A stretch of 64,000 nt of DNA from NCBI RefSeq assembly GCF_964355755.1, contig NC_092671.1, positions 12,586,001 to 12,650,000 of the forward strand. The letters are read 5' to 3'. Numbering within the stretch: the stretch's first letter is position 1; each line of letters opens with the position of its first letter. This document shows positions 54,101-63,469 of the stretch, one piece after another. The translations under genes and the position numbers were made by a program. The notes below the pieces were generated by a model. The model was not told where the DNA came from. It was given only the letters and a program-made list of their open reading frames with translations, and ran no database searches. Source of the DNA: Antedon mediterranea. Its lineage: Eukaryota > Animalia > Echinodermata.

Positions 54101-57100
54101 ACGTACCATCAGGATCAGGGATTCCAGAGTTTTTCAGTTATGTCTCAGAGGCTGATGCTAAAGCAGAGATTGTTGAAATAGAAATAAGAGAATGTAAAGA
54201 AGACATTAAACATGAAGAAGTAATTAAACCTGGTGAGGAAACTCCACTTGAAGACAGTCTTCAACAATTCATGTCAGCTGTAACTGAAGAAGATGTAGAT
54301 GGTACATTTAAAATCGGAAGTAAAGTTAAAGCAGAGATTAAAGAAGAAGTTGAGATGTACAAAGAAGTGGAAGAAGCTGCCATCCAAATCGAAAAACAAG
54401 AAGATGTAGAAAGTGCATTTGAGTTTAAAAAGAGAAAACCAGTAGATGAGGTGAAAAGTGATGGAGTATTAAAACCAGACCATGTAGAAATAGATGAAGT
54501 AGAAAGTGCATTTAAATTAAGAAAAAAGGTAGAAGAGGAGGTGGAAATTCGTCCAAAGCTGATTTCAAAAGTCGCCCAAGAAGATGAAGGGGAAGGTACT
54601 TTTGTCCTTAAAAGAAAAGCAAAAGGTACATACATTTACAGAATTTTTACAAATTACAAAAACTTGTGACCAGGTGAAAATTTAAGGTAAGATTGAGTAA
54701 ATGACAATGATAATATTGTTTGTTACTGGAAGTCATGTAAAAATAAATGTAAGTAAAAAATGCACATTGCTCTTTCAATAATCATATTGACAATAATTAA
54801 TACACATAACACAAGTTCAACTGCACTCCATCCTTTTTATCACATCACATTTAATGAAAGCAAAGTCACTATTCTGTACACTGTTTGTATAAGTGCATCA
54901 ATCCCAGTTATCAAAGATCACAGGCATCTGGGTACAATCTGTATTCTTTCACACTATTATTCACACTGTTATTTTTTCCTGAGAACATTCATCGTTTCGT
55001 CGCACCACCGAACACACTATTGCACCATGGCATTCTGAATGAAGTATTATACTTATATAAGGGCAACTCTTTTAAGATTTTGTAGATGATGCGACTTCTG
55101 AAGTTTCTGAAGACTCTACTAAAGAACAAAGTGAATCTCTGACCAATACATTTTCCATTGCTGCCATTCCAAAAAGTGATACATATTCAGATTCCAATAT
55201 GAAACATGAAACAACAGTAGATAACCTTGATAAAAACACATTTTTAGCTGAAAACAATAAACATAGTTCATCTTCTGAAGAAGAGTGGATAAAAGTTCCA
55301 TTACCTAGTTGGGGGATGGGTAGTTTTCCATATCAAAAACCTGGACATAAACTTGTCCGTGTTAAAAAAAAGAAGAAAAACAAACCATCAAATGAAGAAA
55401 ATATTTCTGCTATATTTGATCAAGAGGAACATTGTGATGAGGGTAAAGATGATGAACTTTCTGAAAGAGTTGATGATTCAGTTGTACTTAATGAATCAGA
55501 CCTAGACTCAGCAGAAGAATACCAATCAAATGAATATCAAAATAAAATACCACTGTCAAAAGATCAAGCTCAATCCGAACGAAATATGAAATCAAAGCTA
55601 GTTGATGGTAAACATGAGAGAACAGCAAGTAAAGACTTTTCAGACAATGATTCTATCCAAGATATCTTATCATTGATAGAAACAGATTTACAAGATGTTT
55701 TCGAACAGAGCACACAGACTGATATATCCATTATTGTAACTACAGACAGAGGGACTGATGCATTTAATGATTGTGTGGGCAAAATTAATGATATTTGTTC
55801 TGAAGATTTTGTCAGCAGTGAATTGTCTCCAAACGAACAGAATAAGTATATTATGCCTGATTCTGAAATATGTGCAAAAAAACCACATCACAAAGATTCC
55901 GAAAGTAACCATGCTAAAGACAAATGTACTGAAACTCTAACATATATTGAACATCCTAGTTATCTCGCAGGTGAAAATGACAAAGATACACAAACAATTG
56001 AATCATTTCCTGTCAACGATGTCAATCTGAGTAATGATGACATTGAATCAATTTTTTGTCACAGTACCAATACTGACACTTTTCTACCCGACATATTATG
56101 TCTTCCAAATTCCCCTACCAAAGTCGACCAAGTACCTTGTCAGCATGAAAACGACAAACAAGAAACTAGACAGAAAGAAGAGCCAGTCACGTTTGAGTAT
56201 AGTAAGCCATATATGACTGATGTATTAATTCTAAAAAACGAAAGTGTTGCTGATCAACCCGTTGATATCGATAGAGATGAAAATATAGCAGCAAATGATA
56301 AATGTTCAGTTGAAGAATTTCCTACTAACCTGTCTGATAATGAAGCTGAAAATGGTAATGGAATAGGTCCTGATGAGTTACTAGTTCAAGCAGAAGACAC
56401 GCCTAATGATGGATTTCATACTGAAAATGATGAATGTAAAGAAGAATATACTGGAAATTTGCATTCTACTTTTGGTGATACTATTGATAGTTGTGATTAT
56501 GATAGTACTCATGAACAGAAAAATATAAGCAAAAATAAAGATATACATAATAATTTACCCACACTTCATCAAAAACATAATTCTCAACATAATATTATTG
56601 AGGAAGATGTTTTGCCTGAACCAATTCCAAAAGATGAGGGCATTTATGCAGTAATTGAATACGGTAATTAATCAAATTTTCTATTATTATTTGCGATGTT
56701 AGTTAAGGAAGCCGGATTTGTAGAATTATAACTTGTATGATGATGTCACAATATGAAAAAAAGGTAAGTTACCGCCCCACAATAGAGTAAAGGTGAATAC
56801 TATTCGTTCTGAGCATAAAGGAATGCATTGAGAGCTTGCTTATGCGCTAGATAAGAATGAACTATTACTGTATTATTATTAAGAACCCAAATTACTAATT
56901 TCTGGCATTATGTGGTGGGTTGGTTAGTTCTACCTTATCCACTCAGTATTTTTAATTAAGTGCTCATTGGTTTCTTGTGAAATTTGACATGACATATTGT
57001 ATCATTTTTTCATATGAACATCACTAACAATGTATCATCATTGCTTATGTTATATGTAATGTTTGTTTATCATTTGTTGTTTTTCTAAACGCTATAGTAT

Positions 57101-60100
57101 ATTTGTAACATATAGTAATTTACAACTTACCTTTCAGAGAGATATAACAGTCTTGTATTATACTATTTTTTAACGCATAATTTATTTTGATAAATAATTT
57201 AGAGCCTCCTGCAATCAAACGTCCATTGCGAGATATCAACGCAAAGGTGAATGACACAGTGACTTTAGAAGTCACTCTGTCTTCGGAAGCAGATGTTTCC
57301 AGTATCAAGTGGTTTAAAAACTCGCAAGAGATTATGTCTAGTCCTAACTATGAGATATCTCAGACTGGTACAACATTAACACTTCTCATAAAAGATATTA
57401 AACCAGATGATCAAGCTGACTATACAGTGGTTGTGGGAGATGTTAAATCAACAGCAACCATTAATATTGAACGTAAGGAACATTCCAATTCAGTTATTTA
57501 AAAAACAAAACAAACATTTTAATGTAAATACTTTAAAAGACACATTAAAATGTCTGCTAAAGTATTTATTTCTGTGTTATACAATGGTAAAAGTCAATTT
57601 TTTACCCAGGTGTATGTATGACTGTGAAATTGAATATTTAATGCACTTTTATTATTTTTGTTTATACATTTTTTTTGTTTAGCTTTGAACTTTACTTCTG
57701 AAATCAAAGATGTTAATATCACTGACATTCAGAAAGAGGCAGTGTTTGAAGCACAAGTGTCAGTTAGCACAGCAGATGTTGTCTGGTTAAAAGACAATAA
57801 ACCTATTGTTGCCAGTTCTAAGTATGAAATGGTGATGTCAGGTGATACTAGAAAGCTTATTGTTAAAGACATGAGTCCAGAAGATGAAGGAGAGTATACA
57901 TGTGTCGTAGGCAGTGTAAAATCTTCAGCCCATCTTAATATTGATTGTAAGTTAAGTTGTTTGAAATATGTATTGTTATTCATTCATTCATTCATTGTTT
58001 TTATTGTTAATGAAATCAACCAGCCTTTAGGATATTAATTTGAATTAAGTTTAAATCCAATATACAATGATCATAATTCTAAAATATTTATTACACTAAC
58101 CAAATGTGTTGCATACCATTTTTTGTTTTGTTTAATTTTACTGTATTTATTATTTTTATTTAGTTACAAAGTTTACATCACAATTAAAAGATGTGACAGC
58201 TACCATATCAGAAGAAGCATCTTTCACTTGCGAAGTATCAAACCAAGAAGCGAGTGTGACATGGATGAAAAACAACAAAGAAATAACTGAAGATTCCAAA
58301 CACTCTTTTGTTGTTAATGGGTGTCAGAGAAAGTTGATAGTCAAAGACCTTGATATGAATGACTCAGCTGGATATTCATGTGTGTTTAAAAACCAAACAT
58401 CGGCAGCAAATTTGACAGTTAAAGGTTTGTTAAAATTATAATGTGATTCAATTTATTATCCAACTATGAATTCTATAATGATTTTATAAACTTTATACAT
58501 ATTGAAGTTTGTAAGGTTATTTTGTAAGATTTGCATCAATATTATTATAAAGAAGTGTTCTTTTTATATAGCACCTCCTGTACTTTTCACAAGTGAATTG
58601 AAACCTGTGGAGATAAATGAATGTGAAGATGCTTGCTTTACTTGCAACGTTTCTGATGAAAATGCAGAAATAAAATGGTTTAAAGATGGAGAGGAAATAA
58701 GTTCAAATGATAAATTTGAATTTATCACTAAAGACAATGAGCGCATTTTGGTTGTCCACAATGTTTCCTTTGATGACGAAGCAGATTACACCTGTAAAAC
58801 AACAGACAGTGAATCTACTGCAGAACTTATTGTTGAAGGTAATACCAATTAATTAAAATTAAAAAGGTTTTTGGTACACAAAAATAGATGTTTTAAAGTA
58901 TCGAGTTGTTCCCTCATCTATGAAGTAGTATATTCAATTGCTAAATCGTTCCACATTCAGTTTGTTGATTACTTACCTTACCTGATAATTATTGCATTTT
59001 AATATTCCAACAGCATTGAATTTCACTTCCAAAATTAAAGATGTAAAAGTAACTGACGTACAGACAGAAGCTGTTTTTGAAGCACAGGTGTCAGTTAGCA
59101 CAGCAGAAGTGACTTGGTTAAAGGACAATAAACCTATTGTTGCCAGTTCTAAGTATGAGATGGTGATGTCAGGTGATACTCGAAAGCTTATTGTTAAAGA
59201 CATGAGTCCAGAAGATGAAGGAGAGTATACATGTATCGTAGGCAGTGTAGAATCTTCAGCCCATCTAAATATTAATGGTAAGTTAAGTTGTTGATATATG
59301 TATTGTTATTAAAAACTACTGTTTTTATTGTCTAAGAAATCAACCCGCCAGAGCATTCTTGCAATCATAGTAATATGAAGTAAGTTTAAATCCAAAATAA
59401 AATGGTAAAGTAATAAAATGATAATGTCAAAATTCGAAAATACATATTACTTTAACCAAATTTGTTGCATTCCTTGTTATGTTTAATTTCACTGTATTGC
59501 TTTTATTTAGTTACAAAGTTTACATCACAATTAAAAGATGTGACAGCTACCGAATCAGAAGAAGCATCTTTCACTTGCGAAGTATCAAACCAAGAAGCGA
59601 GTGTGACATGGATGAGAAACAACAAAGAAATCACTGAAGATTCAAAACACTCTTTTGTTGTTGATGGATGTCAGAGAAAATTGATAGTCAAAGATCTTGA
59701 TATGAATGACTCAGCTGAATATTCATGTGTGTTTAAAAACCAAACATCGTCAGCAAATTTGACAGTTAAAGGTTTGTTAAAATTAAAATTTGATTCAATT
59801 TATTATCCAACTATGCATTCTATAATGATGTTATAAACTTTATACATATTGAAGTTTGTAAAGTTATTTTGTAAGATTTGCATCAATATTATTATAAAGA
59901 AGTGTTCTTTTTATATAGCACCTCCTGTACTTTTCACAAGTGAATTGAAACCTGTGGAGATAAATGAATGTGAAGATGCTTGCTTTACTTGCAACATTTC
60001 TGATGAAAATGCAGAAATAACATGGTTTAAAGATGGAGAGGAAATAAGTTCAAATGATAAATTTGAATTTATCACTAAAGGCAATGAGCGCATTTTGGTT

Positions 60101-63100
60101 GTCCACAATGTTTCCTTTGATGACGAAGCAGATTACACCTGTAAAACAAAAGACAGTGAATCTACTGCAGAACTTATTGTTGAAGGTAATACCAATTAAT
60201 TAGAATTAAACATTTTTTTTTTGGTACATAAAAATAGATGTTTAAAAGTATTGAGTTGTTCCCTCATCTATATTCAATTGCCAAATCGTTCCAAATTCAG
60301 TTTGTTGATTACTTACCTTACCTGATAATTATTGCATTTTAACATTCCAACAGCATTGAATTTCACTTCCAACATTAAAGATGTAAAAGTAACTGACGTA
60401 CAGACAGAAGCTGTTTTTGAAGCACAGGTGTCAGTTAGCACAGCAGAAGTGACTTGGTTAAAGAACAATAAACCTATTGTTGCTAGTTCTAAGTATGAGA
60501 TGGTGATGTCAGGTGATACTCGAAGGCTTATTGTTAAAGACATGAGTCCAGAAGATGAAGGAGAGTATACATGTGTCGTAGGCAGTGTAGAATCTTCAGC
60601 CCATCTAAATATTGATGGTAAGCTAATTTGTTGATAATATCATATTTATTTGAATAAACGCCCAGGAGCGTTTATTGTTCAGGACAGTTTTAGGGAGGCA
60701 TTTATTCGAGGGAGGTGTTTATTCGGGGGAGGCGTCTATTTTTTAGGTGTAATATGGTAACATGTATAATCAAATAAATACCCCCTAGATATGTACAATA
60801 CGTAATAAAATTGTATCAAAGTGGTTGGTCAATTATAGATCATGTCAATCAATAAATTCTAATACAAATAGAAATGTGTTATAATACAAGATTATGTATA
60901 TGCATGTGCAATAAATAAGCAGAGCATTTTTATTCGAGAGGGGCGTGTATTCAAAATGATTTTTAATGTGGGAAGTTTATTCGAGGGAGGCGTTTATTCA
61001 AAGCGGAGAGTTTATTCAAATAAATACAGTATGTACTGTTACTCTAAAATTAGTATTTTCATTCTCTAAGAAATCAACCAGCCATAGAATTCTTGCTATC
61101 ATAGTATTTAATATGAAGTAAGTTTAAATTGAACATAAATTGATAATGTCATAATTCTAAGATATGTATTACTTTAGCCAAATGTGTTTAATTCCAATGT
61201 ATTATTTTTATTTAGTTACAAAGTTTACATCACAATTAAAAGATGTGACAGCTACCGAATCAGAAGAAGCATCTTTCACTTGCGAAGTATCAAACCAAGA
61301 AGCGAGTGTGACATGGATGAGAAACAACAAAGAAATCACTGAAGATTCCAAACACTCTTTTGTTGTGGATGGATGTCAGAGAAAGTTGATAGTCAAAGAT
61401 CTTGATATGAATGACTCAGCTGAATATTCATGTGTGTTTAAAAACCAAACATCCTCAGCAAATTTGACAGTTAAAGGTTAGTAGTTTGAGTGGTAGTTCA
61501 AAATGAATAAATGAAATTATTTTTTAAATAAATAAATTTATCATAATAATTTGATTACAATTATTGTTTAGCGCCTCCTGTTGTCTTTACTGCCGATTTG
61601 AAGACGGTGGAGTTAATTGAACGTGAAGATGCTTACTTTACATGCAGTATTTCAGATGAAAATGCTGAAATAACTTGGTTTAAAGATGGAGAAGAAATAG
61701 TACCAAATGAGAAATTTGATTTCATCATTAAAGGCAATGAACGTACTCTTGTTGTTCATAACGCTTCTGTCGATGATGATGCAGATTACACCTGTAAAAC
61801 ACAAGACAGTGAATCTACTGCAAAGCTTATAGTCGAAGGTATTATTAAACTATTATTAATTGAATTATGCTTTCATATAAAGTAAAAATCATAAATTAAA
61901 AGGCTCTAGTTAAAAAAAACCTGATTTAATTATTAATTTTCTATCTAACAGCACTGAAGTTTACCTCTGGTATCCAAGATGTCAATGTTACTGAGTTTGA
62001 AGACGAGGTGATATTCCAGGCTGAAGTATCATCTGCCAATGCAGAGGTTACTTGGTTTAAAGACAATAAACCTATTGAAACCAACTCAAAATATGAGATG
62101 GTTGTATCAGGGAAAAACCGAAAGCTTATTGTTAAAGACATGAGTCCTGAAGATGCGGGGAACTACACATGCGTTGTAGGTGACATAGAGTCTACAGCCA
62201 ATCTAACTGTTGAAGGTAAAATATCTGGTCTGATTTGTGTGATTTTATTTTATTTATCATCATCAAGTTAATAAAATAAGAGCTTAGAACAAACTTTGAT
62301 TATTGCTTGATTTTCAAAAAATATAAATATATAAGTTACTGGAAAGAAACATACAAATACAAATATGTATTTAATAAATAAATGAATAAGTTTTTTATTT
62401 TAAAGTTTTCTTTAGGTTTGTGACAAAAGTGTTTATATTATGCAAAAAATATCTAATTTACTTGTTACTTCTATTTGCCCAGTTACAAAGTTTACTTCAC
62501 CATTGCAAGACATAATCACGGCAGAGTTTGGAGAAACTACTTTCTCTTGTCAAGTTTCCAACCAGCAAGCTACTGTGACATGGATGAAAAATGACGAGGT
62601 TATTACCGAAGGTCCTAAACATTCCTTTGTCGTTGATGGATGTCTGCGGAAACTTGTAATCAAAGATGCTGACATGAAAGATTCTGGTGAATATTCATGT
62701 GTGTTTAAGAATGAGTCATCATCAGCAACATTAACAGTCAAAGGTAATTGTTTTGTTTGTACTTCAATTCTATGCTAATGAGCCAATTCTTGTTAAATTG
62801 TGAGTTAAAAGTCATCTAAAGAAAGCATAGACATGGCATCTATTTGAATTAGTAACATAAGTCCTTTGTTGTTTAGGAACCAACTTCACAAAAGAGTTAA
62901 AAAATACAGAAGTAGCAGAATTTGATGATGTTAAGTTAGTCTGCGAAGTGTCCAATGCTAAAGTGACCGTATCATGGCGAAAAGATGGAAAACCACTAGA
63001 AGAAGATGACAGAATTGAATTTATTGTTGATGGCAAAAAGCGTGGATTAATCATTCATAACCTGACACTTGATGATGAGGCAGATTACACATGCGTTACA

Positions 63101-63414
63101 TCTGAGCATTCAACAAATGCAGAGTTACTTATTGCAGGTAAATACAGTAATAGCCGATACTGCTGCTAATCACAATTATAACATTTTGTTATAGCAACAA
63201 AATGTTAGAAGCCTAAATGTAACAATTATATAAGGTATTGGCAACATTATATATATATATATATATATATATAAATCCAAAGGCAAATTACTGAAAAAAA
63301 TGACAATGCTGTGGGTAACAGTGGCTGGATCTCAATGGAGATACAAAAATAAAAAGCGAAAAGCTAAATCAAACGATAAAGTAAACAGCCAGAAAAGTTA
63401 GCAGAGCTTTATGG

Positions 63415-63469
<55 letters not shown>

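Larger units (their letters stand above)
57683..61476 (+). repeat. Genomic tandem duplication of a unit of about 1.34 kb holding three Ig exons and their introns
   Basis: Offsets B1-B2 and C1-C2 1,347 bp, A2-A3 1,340 bp; intron sequences also align. Confidence 0.92.

Noticed and set aside
56724-56770. Strong AAG|GTAAGT donor in the intron
   Set aside because: The phase-1 frame upstream contains stops; it cannot join the chain.
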